Assembly (NCBI GenBank): GCA_964601325.1
Contig: CAZRNA010000003.1
Span: 4,629 to 68,628, forward strand
Source: an uncultured Candidatus Bathyarchaeia archaeon
GTDB taxonomy: Archaea > Thermoproteota > Bathyarchaeia > 40CM-2-53-6
Direction: 5' to 3'
Length of the DNA stretch: 64,000 bases
The notes beneath the pieces are model-generated. The model saw only the letters and a program-made list of their open reading frames with translations. It did not search any database and was not told the origin of the DNA. The position numbers and the translations under genes were made by a program. The first letter of the stretch is position 1; every line of letters begins with the position of its first letter. This document shows, one piece after another, positions 37,990 through 47,046 of the stretch.

Positions 37990-39750
37990 GTGCGGCCTCA
38001 CCGTACTGGGAAGTGGGGTACGTCACGCTCTGTGGAAAGCGATATCCGAGCAAGGCGCGATCATCAGGGTGGACAGGTGGGCAGCACGAGTAGTCCAGAA
38101 GCGAATCCAAACGCGGTGAAATGGTGGGGTTGGGGTCTCGAGTCGAAAACTTATCCGCTCGATGACAAACCGCAATTCTGGCCCTATCTTCTCGAAACTC
38201 TGAAGCTCGCGAAACTGAGGGAATGTTCACGCGTTACGATCGAGGAAGTCAGACTTCCACCATGTCGACTTAATGACAGGGCTTTGGCGAGGCTGAAACA
38301 GGCCGTCGGCGCAGACGTTTCATCAGAGAAGTATGACCGGCTTACGCACAGCCTCGGGAGATCGTACCTCGACCTCGTCAATCTGCGTCGGGGTCTGATC
38401 CGAAATCCGCCCGACGCTGTAGTCTATCCAAAAGATGAACGCGATGTAGCGAAGCTGCTTAGCTTTGCTCGTGCAAACCGAATCTCAATCGTCCCATTTG
38501 CAGGCGGAAGCAGTGTCGTCGGGGGAGTCGAACCGATCAAGCTGAGAGGAAGGAAGGGTGCGGTCACCGTTGATTTGCGACGGATGAAGAGTGTGCTTGA
38601 TGTGGACGCGTTTTCGCTCACCGCGACCGTCGAAGTAGGCATATCTGGACCTGAGTTGGAGGATGAACTGAACAAGAGGGGCTTCACGCTAGGTCATTTT
38701 CCTCAATCATTCCAGTTCTCTGTGCTAGGCGGATGGATAGCGACCCGATCCGCGGGGCAAGTGTCAACGAAATACGGCAAGATCGAAGACATGGTTGAGA
38801 GCCTCACGCTTGTCTCGCCCACTGGTAAGTTGGACACCAAAGCTGTTCCCGCGTCCGCGTCTGGTCCACAACTCAAGCAAGTCCTGATCGGGTCAGAAGG
38901 TACTCTGGGCGTCATTACGAAAACAAAGCTGCGCATTCACCGTTTTCCTGCGGTTAGGCGATATGAGGGCCTGATGTTCAAATCATTCCGAGACGGCATC
39001 AACGCAATTCGAGAGACGATGCAAAGCGGATTGATTCCTGCAATGATGCGTCTCTCAGATCCTGACGAGACGACAGTCTCACTCATGCTCTCATCCCAAA
39101 GCGCCACGACGAAGCTGGGATTATGGATGCTTGAACGAATGGGGTATGTTCCGTCTCGGGAGTGTGTAATGATTCTCGGAGTTGAGGGAGAGCCGACAGC
39201 CGTCAAGGCTGAGCGACAAGTCGCGGTCAGGGCGTGCAAGCGGAACGGAGCTTTCGCAATTGGCAAAGGCGTTGGTGCCACCTGGCTGAATGAGAGGTTC
39301 GAGTTGCCGTATTTGCGGGACGTTCTCTTGGACCACTGCATCTTGGTTGACACCCTTGAAACTGCGACGACTTGGGATAAGCTCGAAGCACTGCATGGAG
39401 CCATGAAGAAATCGATCGAGGAGGCCATTGCGGAAATGGGCGTAGCCGGGCTCGCATTTGCTCACGTCTCACATGCGTATCCGGACGGTGCCTCGATATA
39501 CTACACGCTCGTGGCGCCGCAGGTCAACGGGAAGGAGGTGCAGCAATGGTTGAGAATCAAGAAGGCGGCAACAGACTGCATCATGCAGAACGGAGGCACG
39601 CTCAGCCACCACCATGGTATCGGAAAGGATCACGCTCCGTGGATCAAACAGGAGCTCGGCGAGAATGGGCTCGCTCTCCTAGGAGCCATGAAGAAGCAGC
39701 TTGACCCCGAAGGAATAATGAACCCGGGCAAGCTACTAGTATCCTCCTGA
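37990..39750 (+). CDS. FAD-linked oxidase, alkyldihydroxyacetonephosphate synthase (AGPS)-like
   Basis: AGPS-type N-terminal 'VKWWGWG'. PCMH FAD-binding 'VVYPKDERDVAKLLSFARANRISIVPFAGGSSVVGG'. C-terminal 'HHHGIGKDHAPW'. The true start may be internal (GTG near 38110). Confidence 0.75.
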   Translation: MRPHRTGKWGTSRSVESDIRARRDHQGGQVGSTSSPEANPNAVKWWGWGLESKTYPLDDKPQFWPYLLETLKLAKLRECSRVTIEEVRLPPCRLNDRALARLKQAVGADVSSEKYDRLTHSLGRSYLDLVNLRRGLIRNPPDAVVYPKDERDVAKLLSFARANRISIVPFAGGSSVVGGVEPIKLRGRKGAVTVDLRRMKSVLDVDAFSLTATVEVGISGPELEDELNKRGFTLGHFPQSFQFSVLGGWIATRSAGQVSTKYGKIEDMVESLTLVSPTGKLDTKAVPASASGPQLKQVLIGSEGTLGVITKTKLRIHRFPAVRRYEGLMFKSFRDGINAIRETMQSGLIPAMMRLSDPDETTVSLMLSSQSATTKLGLWMLERMGYVPSRECVMILGVEGEPTAVKAERQVAVRACKRNGAFAIGKGVGATWLNERFELPYLRDVLLDHCILVDTLETATTWDKLEALHGAMKKSIEEAIAEMGVAGLAFAHVSHAYPDGASIYYTLVAPQVNGKEVQQWLRIKKAATDCIMQNGGTLSHHHGIGKDHAPWIKQELGENGLALLGAMKKQLDPEGIMNPGKLLVSS

Positions 39751-39770
39751 AAGAATGTAGGTGTCAAGCC

Positions 39771-40709
39771 ATGTCGAATTATCCAGCTCGCAAGAGCGTA
39801 CTCATCGTGAACCCAAGATCAGCTAGCGGGACAACAGGAAGGAACTGGGCGAGAATCAATCAGGAGATCAGGCGCGGACTCAAGACCGATCTTGATGTCA
39901 GATTCACCGAACGACGAGGTCACGCGACCACGCTAGCGAGTGAAGCGATCAAGGAAGGTTACGATCGCGTGGTGGCGGTCGGAGGAGACGGAACAATCAA
40001 CGAAGTCATGAATGGCTTCTTCGAGAAAGGGAAACTCATCAACCCGAACGCCGCACTAGCAGTGATGTCGATCGGAACCGGCAGCGACTTCGTGAAGACA
40101 CTCGAATTTCCGACAACGCCGTTTGAGGCCGCGGAAAGGATACGACTAGGGAAAGCTTGGGCAATCGACTTGGGAAAATGCGCCTTCACGGGTCTCGACG
40201 GCGAGCAACAATCAAGGCTCTTCATCAATATTGCAGACTTCGGTTCAGGCGGAGCGATCGTCGACAAAGTCAACCGGACATCCAAGGTCTTCGGAGGGCA
40301 GATCTCATTCCTGTGGGGAATACTAACCACACTACCCACATACAAGAACAAGTTGACGAAGTATCGAGTCGACGATGGTCCAGAAGAGGAGAAAGTCCTC
40401 AACACGTTCATAGTCGCGAATGGCCGATACTACGGTGGGGGTCTCAAACCTGCCCCCAACGCGCAGCTAGATGACGGACTCCTTGACATCGTGTCGATAG
40501 GAGACGTAGGCTTCCTTGAAGCGATCTCCAGCCTAGGAAAGTTCAGGAAGGGGACCTACTTGGAAACCCCGAAAGTCACGTTCTCCAAGGGGAAGACCGT
40601 TGTTGCAAGCTCAGAGGAAACTCAGCTTGTCGAGATGGAGGGCGAAGTTGTCGGTCGCCTTCCTGCACGGTTCGAGATGCTCCCGAAGGCGATGAAGATC
40701 ATCGTCTAG
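39771..40709 (+). CDS. Lipid kinase, diacylglycerol-kinase catalytic domain family (YegS/BmrU-like)
   Basis: KSVLIVNPRSASG...RVVAVGGDGTINEVMNG...GTGSDF are DAGK_cat signatures. Confidence 0.8.
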   Translation: MSNYPARKSVLIVNPRSASGTTGRNWARINQEIRRGLKTDLDVRFTERRGHATTLASEAIKEGYDRVVAVGGDGTINEVMNGFFEKGKLINPNAALAVMSIGTGSDFVKTLEFPTTPFEAAERIRLGKAWAIDLGKCAFTGLDGEQQSRLFINIADFGSGGAIVDKVNRTSKVFGGQISFLWGILTTLPTYKNKLTKYRVDDGPEEEKVLNTFIVANGRYYGGGLKPAPNAQLDDGLLDIVSIGDVGFLEAISSLGKFRKGTYLETPKVTFSKGKTVVASSEETQLVEMEGEVVGRLPARFEMLPKAMKIIV

Positions 40710-40761
40710 CGCTAAGCTCGACAACTATCTTGGCTAATGCGCTCAGTTTAGGCCGAGCTTT

Positions 40762-41563
40762 CTACACGATTGGCGGGCCGACTTTGAAGTGCTCCGCCTT
40801 CTTCAGGAGTTCCTGTGGAGCGTTGTACGATCCGATGTAGTGTGCGAATTTCTTCTTGATGAAATTGTCCCATAGGTCCCGGTCTAGGTAGAAGACTCTG
40901 GCTCCTCCAAGTTCAGTTTGGAACTCAGGATAGGCCTTCGATTTGTGGGCCCATTGTAGCCCGATAACCCGGAGCCCATTGTAGCTTTCGAAGCAGGCTT
41001 CCCACATGTCTGCGCCAAGATAATCGAACGCATACTCAGCTTTCGCATAATAGAGGGCTGGTCCTGCATCGGCACCTCTCATGAAGCTCATTGTGTGGAG
41101 GCTGTAGGCGACTTTCTCGTTGAACATTCGTGCGTTGGCTAAGCCCGCCAACTGTCCATCGATCATGCCAACGAGCGTATAGGCGTCCTTGATTCTATGG
41201 ACCTTCTGGGCAAGGACCTCGCCGTATGTTCGAACTCCCACTATGTCGTAGAAGTCCTTCGATGAACATGTACGGTTTGATGGCTTCCAGCAGCTGATCG
41301 AACTCATCCTCTCTGAGGGATCTGACTACCATCTGTTGGCCGCCTCTCAGAGTGACAACTTTGGGCTTCCACGGCTTCTCCTTCATAATTTGCATTTCGG
41401 GAACGCCGCATCTGAGAATTGGCTCCATGTCTTCGACCTTGAGCTTGTGCTCCGGGTAGGCCACTATCTCGGGCGGCGGATAGTAGGTTGAACTCATCAT
41501 GAATACCTCGTCTCTGTCATTCGGGCTATCCTGGTATTGATAAGCGATTCTCCCAAGCCGCAC
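40762..41563 (-). pseudogene. Frameshifted paralog of the 221-aa protein at 51467..52132 (unknown family)
   Basis: Two overlapping ORFs (41195..41563 and 40762..41307) together align to the intact paralog (MVVRxxREDE..LLEAIxPxx / DFYDIV..GMIDGQLAGLANAR..ELGGARVFYLDRDLW). The frame changes near 41200-41300. Confidence 0.5.
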
Positions 41564-41619
41564 CTGTTCTCGAAACCGCTGACCCAGAACTGATACTCAG
41601 TAAGTGCTCTCTGTAGATA

Positions 41620-42546
41620 CTATGCCAAGTCATGCAGACCGAGCGCGTCAGCGATGATTTCGGTCTCTTCTTTCTTGAGGGCGATATCCCGTATCAGGCT
41701 CAAAGCTAGAATTGCTCCTACTGCGATGTCGATCCCGGATGTGTGTCCTCTGGGCAGGAGTGTCTCTAGGGCGACTACTAGCGAATCTTGATCTCCGTTG
41801 GCGGCAGAGTCGATTAGGCGATGCAATTGCTCATCTAGGATCAGATGCTGCATGTAGTCCAGCAGCTTTGCGCTAATCCAACTCGTCTTCTCTTCGAGCA
41901 GTCTTGAGTCCATGAGAATTGGCGGGCGATCGATCGCTCTCACAAATGAATTGTATGTGGCGAGGAATCCGCCCAGCGCGTCGTCACCGGATGGAGTGAA
42001 TCCCGATCCCGCGCCGACAATTTTCAGGGCGGCATCGCGAAACGGTCTTTCTGTTCCGGGGCGTCGCAGAGGCATGGCTCCATCAGAAACGAACTCCACA
42101 ATCCCAGAGTGAGCTAGGGCGTGAGGATCCAGCACACTCTGACCCGTATCTACGATCCCAAGGACGAACGAAATGATGCGCAACGACGCGCCGATTCTCG
42201 TGAACCCGGGACTGAGTTTACTAACTGGCTGTACCCGGTCTTCGTAGAGAGATGCGGTGCTGAGTTCGATGATGGTGTCTATTCCTATGTGTATCTCTTT
42301 TCCTTGCATACTGAGAGGTTCCAGTGGCTTGACCAGGTGTTCCAAGTCAGGTGTCGCATCGAGGTTGATGGTAATGGGAGATCTTAGCGGACGATTTGTG
42401 AAGAACATGAGTTCATTTTTGCTGGTCTTCGCGTAGAACGAATTCGAGAAGGTGTTCACTACTTGTCCGGCGACTGTAGTATTCCCAGTCGAGAGCGCCC
42501 TGAGCGCGAGTGAGCCTATGCACTTGGCTCGCAGGGTAACTGGCAA
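41620..42546 (-). CDS. Hypothetical protein, possibly YlbF/DUF2877-like partner of the FdrA-DUF1116 cluster
   Basis: 308 aa. 'GAGSGFTPSGDDALGGFLATY' motif. The assignment rests mainly on genomic context. Confidence 0.35.
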   Translation of the reverse strand: MPVTLRAKCIGSLALRALSTGNTTVAGQVVNTFSNSFYAKTSKNELMFFTNRPLRSPITINLDATPDLEHLVKPLEPLSMQGKEIHIGIDTIIELSTASLYEDRVQPVSKLSPGFTRIGASLRIISFVLGIVDTGQSVLDPHALAHSGIVEFVSDGAMPLRRPGTERPFRDAALKIVGAGSGFTPSGDDALGGFLATYNSFVRAIDRPPILMDSRLLEEKTSWISAKLLDYMQHLILDEQLHRLIDSAANGDQDSLVVALETLLPRGHTSGIDIAVGAILALSLIRDIALKKEETEIIADALGLHDLA

Positions 42547-42555
42547 GCCTCGTCC

Positions 42556-43974
42556 TTAGATGCCGTACTTCTGCGCGTATGATTTGAGTGCTTGCTTGAA
42601 CATATCCAGCGGGAAGGAGACCATTCCAGCGCCGACTTGTCCGATTCCAGCTTCTTTGTGAGCTATCCCTGTATTGATTGTCGGTGTGATTCCAGTCCTG
42701 ACCACTTTGCGCAGGTCAACTCCGGTCGGTGTGCCTTGAAAGTCAAGGAACGGGATGATGAAGTACTTGTGTTTCGTGCATGTGATCTCGTACATTTTCT
42801 GTGTGTTCTCGACCGCATAGGCAACGGATCCACCGACCCATGATACGATTCCCGGTGCCGCAGCCATAGCAAATCCTCCATAGCCTGCGGTTTCAGTGAT
42901 CGCGCTGTCTCCCAAGTCCGGGTTTGCGTCCTTCTCGCTGTAGCCTGGGAACCAGACGCCTTTTGGCACGGGAGCTGGGGCTGTGAACCATTCGTTGCCG
43001 AGCCCGCTCACCCAGATTCCTGCGTCTGTTCCGTTCCTGGTAAGCACAGTCACGACCGTGCTGTACTTGATTCTGTGTGCGGCCAAGCTCATCGCCTTGC
43101 CGGCCGCCATTCCCAGATTGAGTAGTGTGAAATTGTTTTGAGCCATGAAGTTGAACGAGTCGATCAGTGTCTTCTTGTCGAGTCCGGTCTGCATCATGTA
43201 GGGGACGATCTCTCGGAGGAAGAGTGGGGTCGCAGCGTTGTAGCGGTTGTGGCAGTCATCACCCATCGTCAGCGCTTGGATGATGATTGGTTTCATTGCT
43301 ACGCCGTCTTTCTCTTTCTTGATCTCTTTGATCGTTGCCTCAAGTGTCGTGGCGAGCGTGTCGCGCATCCAAGTTAGCCTTTGAATGACTTCGCTTGAGT
43401 GGGCTCCGTATCTGAGGACCTTTCCGATCCCCTCATTCAGGTTCGAGTACGTGTCGTTGCCGTACTTGCGGTCGTGCACGACATAGACGGGCATATTGGG
43501 CGAGACGATCCCCGCCATGGGTCCGGCGGAATTGTGATGATGATTCGGAACGAAAGTGATCTGGCCGGACTTCGCCAGTTTTTCCGCCTCGGATCCGTCA
43601 CGTGCCCATCCCTCGTAGACTGCGGCTCCCATTACGGCCCCTTTCATCGGGCCAGCCATACGCTCCCACTCGATGGGCGATCCCGCGTGCAGGAGCATCT
43701 TCTCTTTCATGCCGGGAATGACTTTTCGAGCGAGCCCCATGTCCACCCAGACAGGGTCCGACTCCATCATTCTTTCAACGGCTTGCTGGTTGGCTTTGTC
43801 AATCTCGTCCTTGATTTGACCAGGATTCCGCGAAGTCACGAAGTTTCGCCTGCTCGTTGAACCTTGACAAGAGTATAAGAGAATTCTGACAAGACTTAAC
43901 TTGCGCACACCGTTAGTGAGCAACGGCGCACCGGATTGAGCAAAGTAAGCAACATCGTGAAGAAGAACTTCCAC
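42556..43974 (-). CDS. DUF1116 family protein (YlbE/AllG-like)
   Basis: 472 aa. NLNEGIGKVLRYGAH, GDSAITETAGYGGFAMAAAPGI, GITPTINTGIAHKEAGIGQVGAG. Divergent from the FdrA-like gene. Confidence 0.5.
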   Translation of the reverse strand: MEVLLHDVAYFAQSGAPLLTNGVRKLSLVRILLYSCQGSTSRRNFVTSRNPGQIKDEIDKANQQAVERMMESDPVWVDMGLARKVIPGMKEKMLLHAGSPIEWERMAGPMKGAVMGAAVYEGWARDGSEAEKLAKSGQITFVPNHHHNSAGPMAGIVSPNMPVYVVHDRKYGNDTYSNLNEGIGKVLRYGAHSSEVIQRLTWMRDTLATTLEATIKEIKKEKDGVAMKPIIIQALTMGDDCHNRYNAATPLFLREIVPYMMQTGLDKKTLIDSFNFMAQNNFTLLNLGMAAGKAMSLAAHRIKYSTVVTVLTRNGTDAGIWVSGLGNEWFTAPAPVPKGVWFPGYSEKDANPDLGDSAITETAGYGGFAMAAAPGIVSWVGGSVAYAVENTQKMYEITCTKHKYFIIPFLDFQGTPTGVDLRKVVRTGITPTINTGIAHKEAGIGQVGAGMVSFPLDMFKQALKSYAQKYGI

Positions 43975-45555
43975 CGAGACTCAGTCCAACTTCTTCACCT
44001 CTCGGAAGAGGCGAAGAAGATTGACGGCATCAAGGACGCAGCGGTCGTCATGGGCACGACGACCAACAAGGAGATCCTACAGAAACTCAACCTTCTCACG
44101 GACGAGGGCAGAGCGGCCTCAGAAAGCGACATGATACTCGCCGTAATGGCCGACTCCCAATCTGCAATAGACGAAGGCATGAAACAGATTGAAGAAATGG
44201 TTCTCAAGCCGCCCGCGGCGAAGGGGCGCTCCTTCTACAGCGTCGACGCGGCCCTGCAAGCGGTCCCCGACGCGAATCTTGCCATCGTTTCGATTCCGGG
44301 AGAACATGCAAGGGAAATCGTCCTGAAGCTGCTCGACAAGGGGTTGAGCGTGCATCTGTTCAGCGATCACGTTCCGCCGGAACATGAGCTTGAGCTGAAG
44401 CAGTACGCGCGAGACCGAGGCCTGCTCGTTATGGGCCCTGGAGCCGGGACTTCAATCATCGGCGGCAAGGCGATCGCGTTTGCCAACGTTGTGAAGAAAG
44501 GAAAGATAGGCGTCGTGGCGGCTGCGGGGACTGGGCTGCAAGAGGTCACGGTCCTCTTGAGTGAGGCAGGGCTGGGAGTTTCCGAAGCACTGGGCACTGG
44601 CGGGGGAGATGTAAAGGCAAAGATTGGTGGAATAACAACACTCCAATCAATAGACGCGCTTGAGCGGGACCCTGCGACAAGCACAGTACTTGTGGTTTCG
44701 AAACCACCTGACGCTGATGTGAAGAAGAGGATACTCGATCATCTGGCTAGCAATACCAAGAAGCAGTATGTGACGTGCTTCGTAGGTCCCGAAAGCTACG
44801 TCGTCCCGGCAAACGCTCGTGCGCGTATCAAAGCTACGAAGACGTTGCACGCGGCTGTTATGGAAACTATCCGGGCGACTGAGCCTAGTCGTCATACCGA
44901 GATCAGCAAACATTTCTCGATGTCTCAAAACGAGCTTCTGGATCTCGTCAGCAAGATCTCCAAAGGGCTGAGTGAGAAACAGAAGTATGTCAGAGGACTC
45001 TACACGGGTGGCACGTTTGCCTACGAGACACTTGTGATACTTGGACGTATGATCGGCGATGTATACTCCAACGCCCCATTGGATCACAAGCTGGAGCTCG
45101 CCGACTCCTACCGTAGCACGAAGGATTCGATCGTCGACTTGGGCGAGGAGGAATTCACGGTTGGCAGAGCGCATCCAATGATAGACCCGGCGATCCGCAA
45201 GATGAGACTAGTCGACGAAGCAAAGGATCCGGAAGTCGCGGTAATCATCATGGACTTCATGCTCGGCTACGGTTCCCACTCTGACCCTGCTGGAGCCATG
45301 CTCAGCGCAGTCTCAGAAGCAAAGAAGATTGCAGAGAAGGACGGCAGAGCGCTGCCAATACTCGCGCACGTCTGCGGCACCGAGCAGGATCCGCAGCCTC
45401 TCTCAGAACAGGTCGCAAAACTGTGCAATGCTGGAATCGAGGTGTTCCCAACGAACGCACTCATGGCGATTGCGAGTGCACTGATATCAAGAAAAGGAAA
45501 GATTAGTGATTCAACAATGGAAGATGTGTACGGAACTTACCTCACAGGTTTCTAG
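43936..45555 (+). CDS. FdrA-like acyl-CoA synthetase (succinyl-CoA synthetase alpha-like CoA-binding + ligase-CoA domains)
   Basis: 539 aa. 'GPGAGTSIIGG', 'IGVVAAAGTGLQEV', 'LGTGGGD' match the SucD/FdrA family. Confidence 0.65.
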   Translation: MSKVSNIVKKNFHRDSVQLLHLSEEAKKIDGIKDAAVVMGTTTNKEILQKLNLLTDEGRAASESDMILAVMADSQSAIDEGMKQIEEMVLKPPAAKGRSFYSVDAALQAVPDANLAIVSIPGEHAREIVLKLLDKGLSVHLFSDHVPPEHELELKQYARDRGLLVMGPGAGTSIIGGKAIAFANVVKKGKIGVVAAAGTGLQEVTVLLSEAGLGVSEALGTGGGDVKAKIGGITTLQSIDALERDPATSTVLVVSKPPDADVKKRILDHLASNTKKQYVTCFVGPESYVVPANARARIKATKTLHAAVMETIRATEPSRHTEISKHFSMSQNELLDLVSKISKGLSEKQKYVRGLYTGGTFAYETLVILGRMIGDVYSNAPLDHKLELADSYRSTKDSIVDLGEEEFTVGRAHPMIDPAIRKMRLVDEAKDPEVAVIIMDFMLGYGSHSDPAGAMLSAVSEAKKIAEKDGRALPILAHVCGTEQDPQPLSEQVAKLCNAGIEVFPTNALMAIASALISRKGKISDSTMEDVYGTYLTGF

Positions 45556-45932
45556 TTGGAGGGAATGGACTTGGTCGACAATATTCTCAGGCTCTTCTCT
45601 TCGGAGCTCAAAGTCATCAACATTGGGCTTGAACTATTCAATGACGCTTTGAAGGCTCAAGGCGTCAACTCTGTTCAGGTCTCATGGCAGCCGGCTCCGA
45701 AGCTCGAGAAAGAGTATGAGGACATACTCTCTAAGATACTCTAAATCCCACTCGAGCATTTCGCCTGGCGGGGGAGCTTTGAGGTCAACTAGTATTTCGT
45801 ATGCTCTTCAATGTCAAAAAAGCGTCATCGTTTGAGTGTAAAACTCCTATATACCGACAAGCAGGCACTCATGGACTGATTCGCCATGTCCGATGAGAAA
45901 CCGCAAATCAAGGTGAACGTGATCAATCCAAC

Positions 45933-46238
45933 TCACGCGATGTTGGTTCGCTCCGAATCAGGCTTGTCTCGCAGACTCAAGAATCTCCTTCGCAGAGACA
46001 CGGCTGTTTGAGCCGCGGACATTGCACAGCGAGTTACAACTCGTGAAGCCCTAGCCTCAGGGCTTCTACTAATCGCCGCCTTTTCGCCTAGGAGCTGGCG
46101 GTCCTCACCGTCTTGTCCAAGTCTTCGCGTGAGCTCCTCTAGGAGGTCGCCAACATTCCTGGCTTTCTCAGGGATCTCTACCTCATCGGCCCCTGCGGCC
46201 ATCCTTAGTCGGCCGTGCAGCTTGACAAGAATCGACAT
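45933..46238 (-). CDS. Hypothetical; N-terminus resembles MoaD/ThiS beta-grasp (degenerate)
   Basis: MSILVKLHGRLRMAAGADEVEIPEKARNVGDLLEELTRRL is MoaD-like. The rest does not match the family and there is no C-terminal GG. Confidence 0.25.
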   Translation of the reverse strand: MSILVKLHGRLRMAAGADEVEIPEKARNVGDLLEELTRRLGQDGEDRQLLGEKAAISRSPEARASRVVTRCAMSAAQTAVSLRRRFLSLRDKPDSERTNIA

Positions 46239-46334
46239 TGCGACCCTGCCATTGTTGGCTCACCGCTCATATATACTTCTCACAGCTGCGATTGCGAAGG
46301 CATATGTGCAGCTTGACAGAACGCCGGAGCGTGG

Positions 46335-46904
46335 TCAAATCATTCCCAGAAGAGTCAGGATTCCTAGAACAATGAACACCAGAGCTGAAACCTTCTTGAC
46401 TTTGCCTGTCGGAAGTCGCTTGCCTACATGTCCGGCCAATACTATGCTTAAGCCGTCCACTAGCGCAAGCGCAAGCAATACGCCACAAAAAACCGCGATA
46501 GGTTGCGCAAAACGAGCCGCGAGAGTGATCGTGACCACCTGGGTTTTGTCACCCAGTTCTGTCAGGATTATCATGAGTGATGCAGCTTGGAAAGGCTTCC
46601 CTGAGCGCGTGGAGGGGGCATCGGTTCCAGTGTTCAATTTGAGCATGAGAATTCCTACCGCCACGAAGATCAGTCCTGAGATCAGAGTGAGTAAGGACAA
46701 GGGGATTATCGCAAGAAGTGCCTGACCGATCAGCACGCCCACGCCAGTGACGATGGCGAATCCAGTGATCATACCCAAGAAGATCGCTCTAGGCTTTTGG
46801 AGACTGGCACTTAACATGACAAGGCCAAGTTGGGTCTTGTCACCAAGCTCGGCAGCGGAAGTTGACAGCAAGGATATCGCGAAAGCCTCTGTCACCAAAT
46901 CCAT
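46335..46904 (-). CDS. GDT1/TMEM165 (UPF0016) family Ca2+/Mn2+ transporter
   Basis: Two 'E-L-G-D-K-T-Q' motifs (ELGDKTQLG and ELGDKTQVV) in a 6-TM duplicated architecture. Confidence 0.8.
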   Translation of the reverse strand: MDLVTEAFAISLLSTSAAELGDKTQLGLVMLSASLQKPRAIFLGMITGFAIVTGVGVLIGQALLAIIPLSLLTLISGLIFVAVGILMLKLNTGTDAPSTRSGKPFQAASLMIILTELGDKTQVVTITLAARFAQPIAVFCGVLLALALVDGLSIVLAGHVGKRLPTGKVKKVSALVFIVLGILTLLGMI

Positions 46905-47046
46905 TGCCGGGTCTCCGGAGCTTTGAAGCGAACGCCCAATGTCGCTTAGTCTCTTAGGTATAGGCAGATCGGTCCAAGAAGGAAAGTATTCATCTACAAG
47001 CTACGCGGACTGGGCGGAAAGAATGATGATTACGAAGTAGTGAGCT

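Noticed and set aside
45553-45744. In-frame TAG between the FdrA-like gene and a 62-aa ORF in the same frame (TTG start). Considered stop-codon readthrough or pyrrolysine decoding.
   Set aside because: TAG is used as an ordinary terminator elsewhere in the window (e.g. the MenB-like gene at 16584 and deoC at 36715), and no Pyl machinery is seen. It is most likely a normal stop, and the small ORF is unverified.
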